Positions 24,514-33,974 of a stretch of 52,208 bases of DNA are shown here, piece after piece. Position numbers and translations under genes: made by a program. Each line of letters begins with the position of its first letter. Positions within the stretch are counted from its first letter, which is position 1. Where the stretch lies: assembly GCA_045605305.1 (NCBI GenBank), contig JAZUPS010000014.1, positions 1 to 52,208 of the forward strand. The letters run 5' to 3'. Source of the DNA: Victivallaceae bacterium (lineage in GTDB: Bacteria; Verrucomicrobiota; Lentisphaeria; Victivallales; Victivallaceae). The notes beneath the pieces were generated by a model. The model was not told the origin of the DNA. It saw only the letters and a program-made list of their open reading frames with translations, and did no database searches.

Positions 24514-25857
24514 TTATTTTCCGGTAATTGAAGCATTTTTACGCCATTTGCCGCTGAGATAGAAGCACCAGGTCAAAAGACAGCCGATACAGAATCCGAA
24601 TAAGCCGTTCCACCAGATGATCGATTTGCCGAATATGGCAGAATCTTTGAATAAATAGGTCACACTCACCCGGAGTGTCAACGCCGTCAATGCGACGAAC
24701 ACCGGAAAAATACAGTGCCGCGCCCCCTGAAAAACTCCAAAAAGCGGAACGTATGAAGAAAGGATTATATTTATCAGCACCACCGCCTGCAAATATGATG
24801 CACAATACTCCGCCGCCTCTTCACTCAAGCCGAAAATATTCACCAGCCATCCGGAAAGCGCCCAAACTGTCACTGAAAGCAGCGCGGTAAAGATCATGGA
24901 GATGATCACCCCCTGCCTGGCACCGGGCGTGACCCGTTCCATTTTGCCCGCTCCGATATTCTGCCCGGAGTAGGTGGCAAGGGCGGTCTGCAATGCGTTG
25001 CAGGGCAAATGGAGATACATCTCAATACGCTGACCGACGGTGAATGCGGCAGTCATCACCGCACCGAAAGAGTTCACCGCCCGCTGAATGAAACTCAATC
25101 CCACCGCCACGATGGAGAGCTGCAAAGTGATCGGAAAACCGATTTTCACCGTCTCTGCCGCCAGATGTTTCTCCCAGACGAACTCCTGCCGTTTCCAGCA
25201 GAAAACCGGGTACTTTTTCACCATGTAAACTCCTGCCGCCAGAGCGGAGACCGCCTGAGAAATATTGGTCGCATGAGCCGCCCCGGCAACGCCCCAGTGG
25301 AAAATTGCCACGAAGAGCCAATCCAGCACCACATTCAGCACCGAAGCTGTCAGCAGAAAATAGAGCGTGGCGGCACTGTTGCCCACCGCCCGCAGAATCG
25401 AGGAAAAGATGTTGTAGGCAAATTGAAATATCAATCCGGCACAGCACAGACGAAAGTAAACAAGGGTCTCTTCAACTATTTCCGGCGGAACCGCCAGAAA
25501 TCTGCTGAAGATCACCCGGGAAAAAATTATCCCGCAAAGGGAAAGCAACACCCCGCTTCCCAGCATCAGCATGATTCCGGTGGAGGCGCTTTTGCGGAGC
25601 ATTTTTTCATCATCCGCACCGAAATACTGCGCCACCAGCACCCCGTTGCCCGCCGAAAAACCGATCGCCGCCGAGAGGAACAAAAAGAGCAGAGTCCCGG
25701 TCGTCCCCACCGCCGCCAGCGACTTTTCACCGAGGTAATTACCCACGATCAACGTATCTGCCGTATGGTAGAGCTGCTGAAAAAGCGCCCCCAGCAAAAT
25801 CGGCAGAGAAAATATCAATATATGTTTCCACGGGGTTCCCCGGGTCATAGTCCGCAT
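24514..25857 (-). CDS. MATE family efflux transporter
   Basis: From MRTMTRGTPWKHILIFSLPILLGALFQQLYHTADTLIVGNYLG: ~447 aa and 12 predicted TM segments, typical MATE length and N-terminus. The track ORF extends 124 codons further upstream without support. Confidence 0.85.
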   Translation of the reverse strand: MRTMTRGTPWKHILIFSLPILLGALFQQLYHTADTLIVGNYLGEKSLAAVGTTGTLLFLFLSAAIGFSAGNGVLVAQYFGADDEKMLRKSASTGIMLMLGSGVLLSLCGIIFSRVIFSRFLAVPPEIVEETLVYFRLCCAGLIFQFAYNIFSSILRAVGNSAATLYFLLTASVLNVVLDWLFVAIFHWGVAGAAHATNISQAVSALAAGVYMVKKYPVFCWKRQEFVWEKHLAAETVKIGFPITLQLSIVAVGLSFIQRAVNSFGAVMTAAFTVGQRIEMYLHLPCNALQTALATYSGQNIGAGKMERVTPGARQGVIISMIFTALLSVTVWALSGWLVNIFGLSEEAAEYCASYLQAVVLINIILSSYVPLFGVFQGARHCIFPVFVALTALTLRVSVTYLFKDSAIFGKSIIWWNGLFGFCIGCLLTWCFYLSGKWRKNASITGK

Positions 25858-26058
25858 TGCATTAAACTCCATTAAAAAAGGATGACCGCATAATATAATC
25901 TTACATGGAAACTTTTTCAAGATTTTTCTCCCGCTCATGGACAAAATAATAAATTTTGCCAAAAAGTCCACTAATATGCCTGATAATCCATTGAGAAAAA
26001 CTCCTTTTGACAGTATATTTTGTATGTGTTTAACTTTGATAGATAAGGAAAGCTGGTT

Positions 26059-26859
26059 ATGAAAATCTGCATGATGTCGCTGATGATGGATGATTCCCCG
26101 GTGGAAGAGATCGTTTCCACAGCACTTGCCTGCAAAATGGAGGCGATCGACTGGATCGGACTCCACGGCAAAAAGGCTTCTGAATTGAAAAAACTCTGCG
26201 ACGATGCCGGTTTGTATATCGCCGCACACACCATGATCAAATGGGGTTTTGTCAATGATGCCCCGAATTGGTTCGATGAGTTCAAATCTTCACTGGATGA
26301 TGCCTGCACCCTCAATGCTCCGGTGATGATGCTTCCGCCTTTCGCCCGGAAAAATCAAACTTCTCTTGCCGATGACCGGAAACGTTACGCGGAATATTAT
26401 GCCAGAGGGTGCGAATTGGCCAAAGCCGCCGGAGTTCAGCTGACTCTGGAAAGTACCGGTTTCGGCAACAGCCCGATAACCACCGCCGAAGAGTGTCTGG
26501 AAATCCTGCAGCAAGTTCCCGATCTGCGCCTGACCTACGATCAGGGCAATGTGGCAACCGCCGATGACCCCCTGCGCGCCTTTGAACTTCTGCGGAAATA
26601 TGTGGTTCATTTCCACGTCAAAGACTGGTACGTTTCCGACCGGCCTTCAGAAAAAAGCGATCTGAAACGCTGCGGAAAATACTTCACCGATGCCACCATC
26701 GGCGAAGGAGATATGGATATACGCTCATTCTGGCAGCTTACCAACGATGCCGAAAGAGCCCTTTACGTCAACCCGGAAACCCGCGATTACACCGGCAAAC
26801 GCACCCCGCTTGAGATTTTCAAACAGGTCTGCAAAGAGATGTACTCCTGGGAAAAATAA
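26059..26859 (+). CDS. sugar phosphate isomerase/epimerase (xylose isomerase-like TIM barrel)
   Basis: 266 aa with alternating beta/alpha pattern and conserved HxKD-like segment (VVHFHVKDW), typical of AP endonuclease 2/xylose isomerase-like TIM barrels. TTGACA-17-TTAACT promoter candidate at 26007-26035. Confidence 0.75.
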   Translation: MKICMMSLMMDDSPVEEIVSTALACKMEAIDWIGLHGKKASELKKLCDDAGLYIAAHTMIKWGFVNDAPNWFDEFKSSLDDACTLNAPVMMLPPFARKNQTSLADDRKRYAEYYARGCELAKAAGVQLTLESTGFGNSPITTAEECLEILQQVPDLRLTYDQGNVATADDPLRAFELLRKYVVHFHVKDWYVSDRPSEKSDLKRCGKYFTDATIGEGDMDIRSFWQLTNDAERALYVNPETRDYTGKRTPLEIFKQVCKEMYSWEK

Positions 26860-26974
26860 ACGCGCTGTTCCCGGAAGCTGTAAGCCAAGTCAGGCAATTT
26901 ACTTGCATGACACTTGAGCGGAAGGCAGTTTCACGCAAAGATCAAATATCAAGCAATGAAATTGCCCCCGATCC

Positions 26975-28156
26975 TTATCTTTTCTCAAGGATCACAAACG
27001 CCGGAAAGCCGGGAATATCCCACTTTTTCAAAAGTGCGGCAATTTCCGGTTCTTCGGGATTTTCAGCCGGGAAAAGTGCCGTTTCAAAGTTTTCTTTCAG
27101 ATAATCTGCCACTTCCGGGTCACGCAAAGTATTTTTTTCCATCGCATGACAATTTTTGCACCATGAGGCAGTAAATCTGACCAGTACCGGTTTGCCGCTC
27201 TTTTCCGAGCGCAATTTGGCACTTTCTACGGCGGCAAAACCATCCAGCTGTGCCGCCATATCATCCGTCGGCAGCAGTTTTACTCCCAATATGATGTAAT
27301 ACACCGCCGCTCCGAAGATAATGAGGGCAAAAAGATACTTCAGAACCACCATGAACTTTCCCGGTTTGGGCAGTACCGACAATCCCGCACCCGCAAAGGG
27401 CCACGGCAGAGCCATGCCGATTCCCAGAGCGAAGGGGATGAAACAGCCGTACCATCCCGCTCCGGCGGCGAATATCAGCACACTGATCACCACCGGAGCC
27501 ACGCAAGCACCTGCCAGCAATGCGGAAACTCCCCCCATCACCAGCGCAGTCAAATCTTTGGATAAGTTCATTTTCGCCGGATTCAAACGGAATTTTGACC
27601 GCAGATCGAAGTTGAAAACTCCGCTCATCGCCAGCGACAGAATAATGAAGATCAACGCCACGGCAAAGTTGAAAAGCGGGGAACTGTTCAATGCTCCGAA
27701 GGTCACCCCTGCAAAGACCGCCGCCACTCCCAATGCTCCGTAGACCAGCGCCATTGCCCCGCCGTAAAACAACCCTCTGCGGAATCCCTCTCTGCCGCCG
27801 GATGCTCCGATCACCGCCAATGTTATCGGCAGCATGGGCAGTACACAGGGGGTCAGATTCAGCGCCAATCCTCCCAGCAGGGCAAAGATGATCATTCCCC
27901 AGAATGTCACCGAACTCCCGGCAGAAATCTTATCCCCGGTCAGGAATTCCATAAACTCCTCTTTCCCGGTGAATCCCAAATGTTTGCGGGCAACCTGCCA
28001 CGCCTCTTTCCCATCCCCGCTCTCTGCCGCAGAAGCGGAACCGTCATCAATACGGCAAATTCCGGTTTCCTCATCGCAAACCACCTCGACAGCACCAAGT
28101 GCCGGAGAAAGTACCGCCGACAGAAACAGCAACAGCAGAATCAGAATCTTTTTCAT
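26975..28156 (-). CDS. thiol:disulfide interchange protein, DsbD/CcdA-type membrane domain fused to C-terminal thioredoxin domain
   Basis: Signal peptide. TM cysteines in LTPCVLPML and GACVAPV. C-terminal FTASWCKNCH (CxxC). ATGA overlap with the upstream thioredoxin gene. Confidence 0.85.
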   Translation of the reverse strand: MKKILILLLLFLSAVLSPALGAVEVVCDEETGICRIDDGSASAAESGDGKEAWQVARKHLGFTGKEEFMEFLTGDKISAGSSVTFWGMIIFALLGGLALNLTPCVLPMLPITLAVIGASGGREGFRRGLFYGGAMALVYGALGVAAVFAGVTFGALNSSPLFNFAVALIFIILSLAMSGVFNFDLRSKFRLNPAKMNLSKDLTALVMGGVSALLAGACVAPVVISVLIFAAGAGWYGCFIPFALGIGMALPWPFAGAGLSVLPKPGKFMVVLKYLFALIIFGAAVYYIILGVKLLPTDDMAAQLDGFAAVESAKLRSEKSGKPVLVRFTASWCKNCHAMEKNTLRDPEVADYLKENFETALFPAENPEEPEIAALLKKWDIPGFPAFVILEKR

Positions 28157-28626
28157 CTTTTCCGTGAACTCCCTGCATCTGCTTTGCCAAGTCCGGGGAA
28201 AAGCTCTTTGAGATACATTTCCGGATTACGGTAACCGACGATGGATTTGATCTTTTCCCCTTCCGGAGAAACGATCACGGTGGTGGGATAACCGTCAACT
28301 CCCCACTTGTCTGCCAATTCGCGCTGCATCTTCATCTGCGAAGCGGAAATCTTTTTCCGGTTGGGAAAGTCGAAGTAAACCAGTTCATACATTGCCGGAG
28401 CAACACGCTGAAACTCTTTCCGGTCAAGAACATCCTTTTTCAAACGGATGCAGAATCCGCACCAATCCGAACCGGTGAAAAGTACCAGAATATTCTTCTT
28501 TTCCGCTTTGGCTTTCCGCAATGCCGCCGGATAGTTATCACTCCACCCTTCCGGAATATCATCTCCGGCAAAGAGAGTTATTCCGCACACCAGTGCCAGC
28601 ACCGCAAAAACTGTTTTTTTCATCAT
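28153..28626 (-). CDS. secreted thioredoxin-fold protein
   Basis: Signal peptide MMKKTVFAVLALVCGITLFA; FTGSDWCGFC (CxxC). Confidence 0.8.
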   Translation of the reverse strand: MMKKTVFAVLALVCGITLFAGDDIPEGWSDNYPAALRKAKAEKKNILVLFTGSDWCGFCIRLKKDVLDRKEFQRVAPAMYELVYFDFPNRKKISASQMKMQRELADKWGVDGYPTTVIVSPEGEKIKSIVGYRNPEMYLKELFPGLGKADAGSSRKR

Positions 28627-28683
28627 TTGTCACCTTCCTTTCTTTCAGGAGGCAGTTTCAAAACTCTTAAAACAGTCCTGAAA

Positions 28684-31020
28684 TCACCTCTGAGGTAAAA
28701 ACCTTTCCAAATCAACTTTTTCCGTCCAACCGCTTACCGTATCATTTTCCACCCGGCAGAAATCTCCTTTTTCCTCCCGGATAAAAACCACCGTTCCCGC
28801 CGGGAGCGCACTGGATATGCCGCCGGATGCCGCCGGGATCGACCGTAAATCTGCTCCGGATGCCGTCACCATCGCCCGTTCCGGGGCATAAGTGCCGCCG
28901 TTTTGCCGGATGGCGAAAAAGATCATAAGCAACGCCGACGCCGCCATGATCAGCGGCAAAGCCCCCCTGCCGGGAACTTTCCGGCGGAAAACCCACAGCC
29001 ACAGTGCCGCCGCGATAAGATAAACTGCCGCGGCAACCCATTGATCCGGGCGCAAAACACCGGTCACCCTCTCCATGACTCCAGGCTCTTTACCGGCGGC
29101 ATACACCTTGCTGCGGCACTCTTTTACCGCCTTTTGGAAATCTTCATTCAGCGGTTCAAGCAGTGCCGCCCGGGAAAAAAGCACCAGCGCCCGCGGATAA
29201 TTTTTCAGCATAAATTCCGCACTTGCCTGATCGTAGATCAATGCCGGGTCGGAGGAACTTTGGAACTTTTCTGCTGCAATTTTGTAATCCCCCCGGTCAA
29301 ATGCCGCCTTGCCCCCGGCAAAATCATCTGCTCCGGCAAGATAAAGAGGCAGGATAAGCACAAAGAGCGGGAGCAGTTTTTTCAGGAAATCACACACCTT
29401 GCGGCGCAGAAGATCATTTTCCGGAATATTTTCACTTCCCGGAGCAAAACGGCCGGCTTCGAGCTGACGGAAAAATTTTGCCAGCAGTTGATCATCTTTG
29501 TCAATGACCCCGGCAATATCGCTGAAGGTCGCTCCCGGCGGCAGATCCATCGCTCCGGCGATAACGGCAGTACCCTCTTCCTGCAGAGTTTTCGCCATAT
29601 CGGAAGAAGTTCTGACCTTTGCCAGCAGTTTTTTCAACTCCGCCTTTTTCTCCTGCTCCGCCGGAGATCTCTTCGCCGGGATCATGACCTTTATTGCCAG
29701 TATGATCACCATGATCACGGGAATTATCAGAGAATAAAACATGTTCCGGTACAAAGGCAATTTCACCTTTCCGGATGGGGGCATCACCGGGAAGGGAACC
29801 AGATCCGCCTGAATATCCTTATCAGCTCTGACCGCACTATCCTGCTGATAACTTTCCGGCTCCGGAGCGGTTATCTGATTTGCGCCCTGCTCCACCTGAT
29901 AACTCAAATCCACCTTGGTCACCTGATAAGTGCCGCTTTCGGGATCGAAGACCGCCAGCGGCAGTGACACACTGTAACTGCCCGGTTTGATCACTACAAA
30001 GGGATATTTCACCGAAAAGGCGCATTTATCCTCTGCCGCCACAGTTTCCGGCGGATAGACCCGGGCATCGGGAATGGTCAATTCCGGAGCGCGAAATGAG
30101 AGTGTCGGCATCTTCCCGGAAAAGTTCAAGGTTATTTCGGCAATATCCCCGGTTTTCAACTGTGCTTTGCTGACCATGCCGGAAACCTGCCACGTTCCGG
30201 TCAAACCGCTGTTTATCACCCCTTGGGGCAGAGACGGCAAGGTTTTGACCGTCAACTGCCTGGGCAGACGGGCAGTAATCGTCCTCGCCCGGGCGGGGGG
30301 AGAGAAAAAGAAACTTTCTTCACCGGGATCGGTCAGCATCAGCGTCATCCGGCACACCGGGTCGAAGGTTCCGCTTTTATGGATTTGATAAAGTCCGCTC
30401 AACTCCACCGAATAGCCGCCGTTGCGGGAGATGGCAGAGGAGTTGCGGATAATGAAACCCGCCTGTTTGTCATTTTGCAGCGGTATCGCCTCAGCCATGT
30501 CGGAAACCTCTATATCCCGGATATTTTTCAACCGCTGATTGGCGGGAATAAAGAGTTCCAGATCCAGCTGAACCGTCTCCCCCGGATAGAGCGGGCGGTC
30601 AGGCAGAATACTCATCACCGCGCTCAACTGCTCCTGAGGCGGCAGGGATGCCGGGTCGCGGATGATCAATTCCAGAGCATTGGTGGAAACTTTTTTGCCG
30701 TCAAAATCCAGTACGAATGGAGGGATTTGGATTTTCCCCGGCTTTTCCGCCACCGCCTGCAAACCGCGCTCCACCCGGATGGAGCTTTTGCCATTGACGA
30801 TACTGCGCCGCACCGAATTGGAAGAAAAGTTCCGGGAAATTTGAACTCCCGGTACCTCCGGCAGCTGCAAAGAGAACTTTTCGGCACTGTCTGTTGTAAG
30901 TTCAAACATGAACATCTCTCCGGCAACCGGACGGGAAGGGGAGACCGACAATCTTGCAGTTACCGCCATCAAACTCACACCCCAAAAAACGAGGAGGAGT
31001 ATTACCAAAACCTTCTTCAT
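28684..31020 (-). CDS. BatD-like protein fused to TPR, TM and C-terminal SH3-like region (BatD-BatE-type fusion)
   Basis: Signal peptide. Repeated beta-sandwich BatD-type N-region (LSVSPSRPVAGEMFMFELT...). TM helix. TPR-like GDYKIAAEKFQ. Two TM helices. SH3-like ending ...GDFCRVENDTVSGWTEKVDLERF. Confidence 0.7.
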   Translation of the reverse strand: MKKVLVILLLVFWGVSLMAVTARLSVSPSRPVAGEMFMFELTTDSAEKFSLQLPEVPGVQISRNFSSNSVRRSIVNGKSSIRVERGLQAVAEKPGKIQIPPFVLDFDGKKVSTNALELIIRDPASLPPQEQLSAVMSILPDRPLYPGETVQLDLELFIPANQRLKNIRDIEVSDMAEAIPLQNDKQAGFIIRNSSAISRNGGYSVELSGLYQIHKSGTFDPVCRMTLMLTDPGEESFFFSPPARARTITARLPRQLTVKTLPSLPQGVINSGLTGTWQVSGMVSKAQLKTGDIAEITLNFSGKMPTLSFRAPELTIPDARVYPPETVAAEDKCAFSVKYPFVVIKPGSYSVSLPLAVFDPESGTYQVTKVDLSYQVEQGANQITAPEPESYQQDSAVRADKDIQADLVPFPVMPPSGKVKLPLYRNMFYSLIIPVIMVIILAIKVMIPAKRSPAEQEKKAELKKLLAKVRTSSDMAKTLQEEGTAVIAGAMDLPPGATFSDIAGVIDKDDQLLAKFFRQLEAGRFAPGSENIPENDLLRRKVCDFLKKLLPLFVLILPLYLAGADDFAGGKAAFDRGDYKIAAEKFQSSSDPALIYDQASAEFMLKNYPRALVLFSRAALLEPLNEDFQKAVKECRSKVYAAGKEPGVMERVTGVLRPDQWVAAAVYLIAAALWLWVFRRKVPGRGALPLIMAASALLMIFFAIRQNGGTYAPERAMVTASGADLRSIPAASGGISSALPAGTVVFIREEKGDFCRVENDTVSGWTEKVDLERFLPQR

Positions 31021-31023
31021 TCT

Positions 31024-33033
31024 TTACCAATCCTTTTCTACCGGCGCCCGGCGCATATTCCGCTGACGGCGAATGGCATCACGCAGTGATTTTGCTTCAT
31101 CATCAAGCAGTTCAAGTTTTCTTTCGGCATCGCTTTTGCCGTCATCCTCTTTTCTTTCGCCCTCTGCCGCGGGGGGGACGGATTCCGGCGTTTTATCCTC
31201 ATTTTTCCCGGAGTTTTCTTCACCGGAGTTACCGGATTTTTTATCGGATTTTTTATCAGATTTTTTATCGGATTTCTCTTCCGGAGAACCAAGTTTTTCC
31301 GCCGCCTCATCCAATGGCTTTTGCGCTTCCTGATCTTTGCCCTCTTTTTGCAGTTTTTCCGCCTCTTTCAACTTTTCTGCGGCATCTTTTGCTCTTTGAG
31401 CAAGATCTTGCTGACCGAGTTTTTCCGCCTGCTCAGCAAGTTTATCTGCCGCCTGCGCCGCATCCCCGGCGGATTGACCGGAGTTTTGCTGATTCTGCTG
31501 ATTCTGCTGATTCTGCGGCTGCTGGTTCTGCTGTTGTTTCTGCCGGTTTTCCTGCTGTGCCTGCTGAGTTTTCTGCTGAGAAAGCTGTTGCTGTTTTTTC
31601 AGCTCTTCGATCTCTTTTTTCAGCTTTTCCGCCTGTTGACGGTCAAGTATCAACTGCTGATAGTTCCCGGTGCGGTCAAGATCACGTTTCTCCTTTTCCC
31701 GGAACTCCATGGCGCGGGAGTAGAGTTCTTTGCTCACGGCAAGCTCTTTAAGAGAAATTTCAAGCTCTTTGAGCGCCTCATCGGTATTCTGTTTCTGCAG
31801 CGCACTGCGGGCGGCAACCATCTTTTCCCGTGCCTGCAGATGATCAATCACCGCCAGATTGTGCAGCGCCCTTCCCCGGAGCAGAGATGAAGCATCTTTC
31901 CCGGAAATAACTTCACCGTAAAGTTTCTCCGCTTTCGGGTCGCCTGAACGCTGAAGTTCCAGCGCCTGACGGAAAAGTTCCTTCGGTTCCGGCGGCGGCA
32001 AAGCCTCCTCCTTTGCCCCCAGCGGCAGAACCGCCGACAGCACCAGGATCACCGACAGCGCCCGGAATTCACTCAATGCTCCGGAAGCAAAGAGCAATAC
32101 CAGTGCCGCAACGATAAAGTAAGGAAAAAGATCATCCGGATTGATCCCGGAAATTTGATCATGGGAAACTTTGTTGAGCTTATCCAGAAAATTTTTCACC
32201 GCCGTAAAACCGGTGTCATTGACCGTACTGCGCAGATAAATTCCCCCGGTTTCAGCGGCAAGTTTCCGCAATAACGCCTCATCCAGACGGGTTCCGGCAA
32301 CCTCCCCGGAAAGGGAGTGCATCACTCCGCCCCGGTCGCCGGGAACAGGAGCAGCGGCATCCGGCGAACCGAAACCGACAGCGGCAATGGGGATGTCAGC
32401 TTTTTTCAATCCGGCGGCACTTTTCAGCGCATCACCGCTCAGCTGATCACCGTCAGTCAGCAGCAGTATCGCCCGGTGATCACCTTCAGAACCGGCAAAT
32501 GCCCTCTCTGCGGTACTCAGTGCCAGAGCGAGGTTGGTTCCGCCCACCGGCACACTGGAACTGTCCAGATCCTCCACCGCAGTCAAAAGCGCATGGTGAT
32601 CCCCGGTCAGGGGACAGCTCAAATATGCTCTCCCGGCAAAGGGAATTATTCCGAAACGGTCGCCGGGAAATGCCTTGAATATCTCCCGGAGCAGATACTT
32701 TGCCTGCTCCATGCGCGACGGAGGCAAGTCGGAAGCGCGCATACTTTTGGAAACGTCAAAAAGGATCAATATATCCCGGGAATTATCCACCGCCGTGGTT
32801 TCTATGGTGCGGATATAGGGACGGCTGGCGGCAAAAAGCAGCATGACCATGCCGCAAATCAGCAGAATATATCTGGCAATACGGCGGGAACGCGAAAGCG
32901 AAACCGAAGCGTTATCGGCGCAGATCACCTTGAGCATTGCACTTTTGCGCCGTTCCATGCCGACGGCAAGCGCGATCGCCGCCAGCACCGCCAGCGGAAT
33001 TGAAAGCAGTATCCATGGGTTGACAAATTGCAT
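31024..33033 (-). CDS. vWA-domain membrane protein (BatA/BatB-like) fused to TPR and a long Q/K/E-rich coiled-coil tail
   Basis: N-terminal TM pair. MIDAS DxSxS motif (LFDVSKSM). TPR-like segment. Low-complexity QQNQQPQNQQNQQNQQ and SDKKSDKKSDKK. 3-nt gap to the downstream BatD-like gene. Confidence 0.8.
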   Translation of the reverse strand: MQFVNPWILLSIPLAVLAAIALAVGMERRKSAMLKVICADNASVSLSRSRRIARYILLICGMVMLLFAASRPYIRTIETTAVDNSRDILILFDVSKSMRASDLPPSRMEQAKYLLREIFKAFPGDRFGIIPFAGRAYLSCPLTGDHHALLTAVEDLDSSSVPVGGTNLALALSTAERAFAGSEGDHRAILLLTDGDQLSGDALKSAAGLKKADIPIAAVGFGSPDAAAPVPGDRGGVMHSLSGEVAGTRLDEALLRKLAAETGGIYLRSTVNDTGFTAVKNFLDKLNKVSHDQISGINPDDLFPYFIVAALVLLFASGALSEFRALSVILVLSAVLPLGAKEEALPPPEPKELFRQALELQRSGDPKAEKLYGEVISGKDASSLLRGRALHNLAVIDHLQAREKMVAARSALQKQNTDEALKELEISLKELAVSKELYSRAMEFREKEKRDLDRTGNYQQLILDRQQAEKLKKEIEELKKQQQLSQQKTQQAQQENRQKQQQNQQPQNQQNQQNQQNSGQSAGDAAQAADKLAEQAEKLGQQDLAQRAKDAAEKLKEAEKLQKEGKDQEAQKPLDEAAEKLGSPEEKSDKKSDKKSDKKSGNSGEENSGKNEDKTPESVPPAAEGERKEDDGKSDAERKLELLDDEAKSLRDAIRRQRNMRRAPVEKDW
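31234..31281 (-). repeat. 12-nt tandem repeat x4 inside the CDS (encodes SDKK repeats)
   Basis: Plus strand: GGATTTTTTATC at 31234, 31246 and 31258 (one substitution), then a degenerate fourth unit. Confidence 0.8.
31488..31514 (-). repeat. 9-nt tandem repeat x3 inside the CDS (encodes QNQ repeats)
   Basis: Plus strand: GCTGATTCT x3 (31488-31514), continuing into degenerate CTG-rich sequence. Confidence 0.8.
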
Positions 33034-33162
33034 TTTTCATTCACCTTTCCACCGCTGAAGAATATAATCATTTTTCCGCAAATTTCAAGGTGTTGTTTGC
33101 AAGAAATTGTCATTGAGGCAAAAGATTTTCAGAAAAATTCCGCTTATGATCAAATTCCGCTC

Positions 33163-33191
33163 TTGAAATAATCACATTTGCAATCTATATT
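33163..33191 (+). promoter_or_regulatory. sigma70-like promoter candidate for the zinc-ribbon/AlbA_2/DinG operon
   Basis: TTGAAA (33163-33168), 17-nt spacer, TATATT (33186-33191). GGGAGGA RBS, GTG at 33244. Confidence 0.45.
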
Positions 33192-33243
33192 TCACCGGAT
33201 AAAATAGAGGTGATCAACTCAAAAAAACGCAGGGAGGAATATT

Positions 33244-33969
33244 GTGACTGTAATCGACCAGAAACTTGAAGCGCTTCTGATTCTTCAGGATGCCGATATG
33301 CGCCGTAAAGGTATGGAGTTGCGGCTCTCTTTGCTGCCCAAAGAGATGGATGCCGTTATCGCCCGCCGGGATAAACTCAATGCCTCCACCGCCGCTGCCG
33401 CAGAGGAGCTGAAAAAAGAGGAACTTGCCATCAAACAGGCAGAAGCGGAAATCGCCCGGCTCACCGCCGACAGCCAGAAGCTCCAGCAGCAATCCGCTTT
33501 GGTCAAAAAAAACAATGAGTATCAGGCAATGCTGGCTCAGATCGCCGAAAATAAACGTAAGATCGGCGAAATCGAAGAGGAGTTGATAATCCGTTTCGAC
33601 AATGCGGCGGCTTTGAAGGAAAAAGCGGAAAAGATCAAACGTGCCAACGCCCTTGAACTCCGCAGTGCCCGCGCCGAATTTGAAGAGTTGCTGGCATTTT
33701 CCAAAACCGTCAAAGCGGAAATCGCCAAAGCGGTCTCTGACCGTCCCGCCCTGACCGCCAATGTTCCCGATGATCTGCTCTCGGTTTATGAAAGATTGCT
33801 CAAAGGCAAAGACAACTCCGCCCCCCTGACCAAACTGGATAACGGCTGCTGCGGAAATTGCCACATGCGGGTGACCACTCAGACCGTCAACGAATTATCC
33901 AAAGGCAAAATCGAGCATTGCGATAATTGTCAGCATCTGCTCTACGCCGATATGGATGAGGTTCAATAA
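33244..33969 (+). CDS. coiled-coil protein with C-terminal C4 zinc ribbon (COG1579/DUF164-like)
   Basis: Long heptad-rich region, then CGNCHMRV...CDNCQHLLY. Confidence 0.75.
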   Translation: MTVIDQKLEALLILQDADMRRKGMELRLSLLPKEMDAVIARRDKLNASTAAAAEELKKEELAIKQAEAEIARLTADSQKLQQQSALVKKNNEYQAMLAQIAENKRKIGEIEEELIIRFDNAAALKEKAEKIKRANALELRSARAEFEELLAFSKTVKAEIAKAVSDRPALTANVPDDLLSVYERLLKGKDNSAPLTKLDNGCCGNCHMRVTTQTVNELSKGKIEHCDNCQHLLYADMDEVQ

Positions 33970-33974
33970 CTCTC

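Noticed and set aside
25858-26229. 124-codon N-terminal extension of the MATE transporter ORF. Similar track extensions occur at 1520-1579 (uvrA), 13752-13862 (SDR), 14848-14892, 22798-22863, 46079-46168 and 48818-48877.
   Set aside because: The extensions begin at alternative or unsupported starts and lack RBSs. They add non-homologous sequence ahead of the conserved family N-termini. The SDR extension simply translates the GC-rich repeat.
30954-31890. Plus-strand ORFs 30954-31751, 31073-31333 and 31321-31890 with repetitive F/L/S-rich translations
   Set aside because: They are the antisense reading of the Q/K/E-rich low-complexity tail of the vWA gene. The repetitiveness comes from the tandem DNA repeats, not from independent genes.
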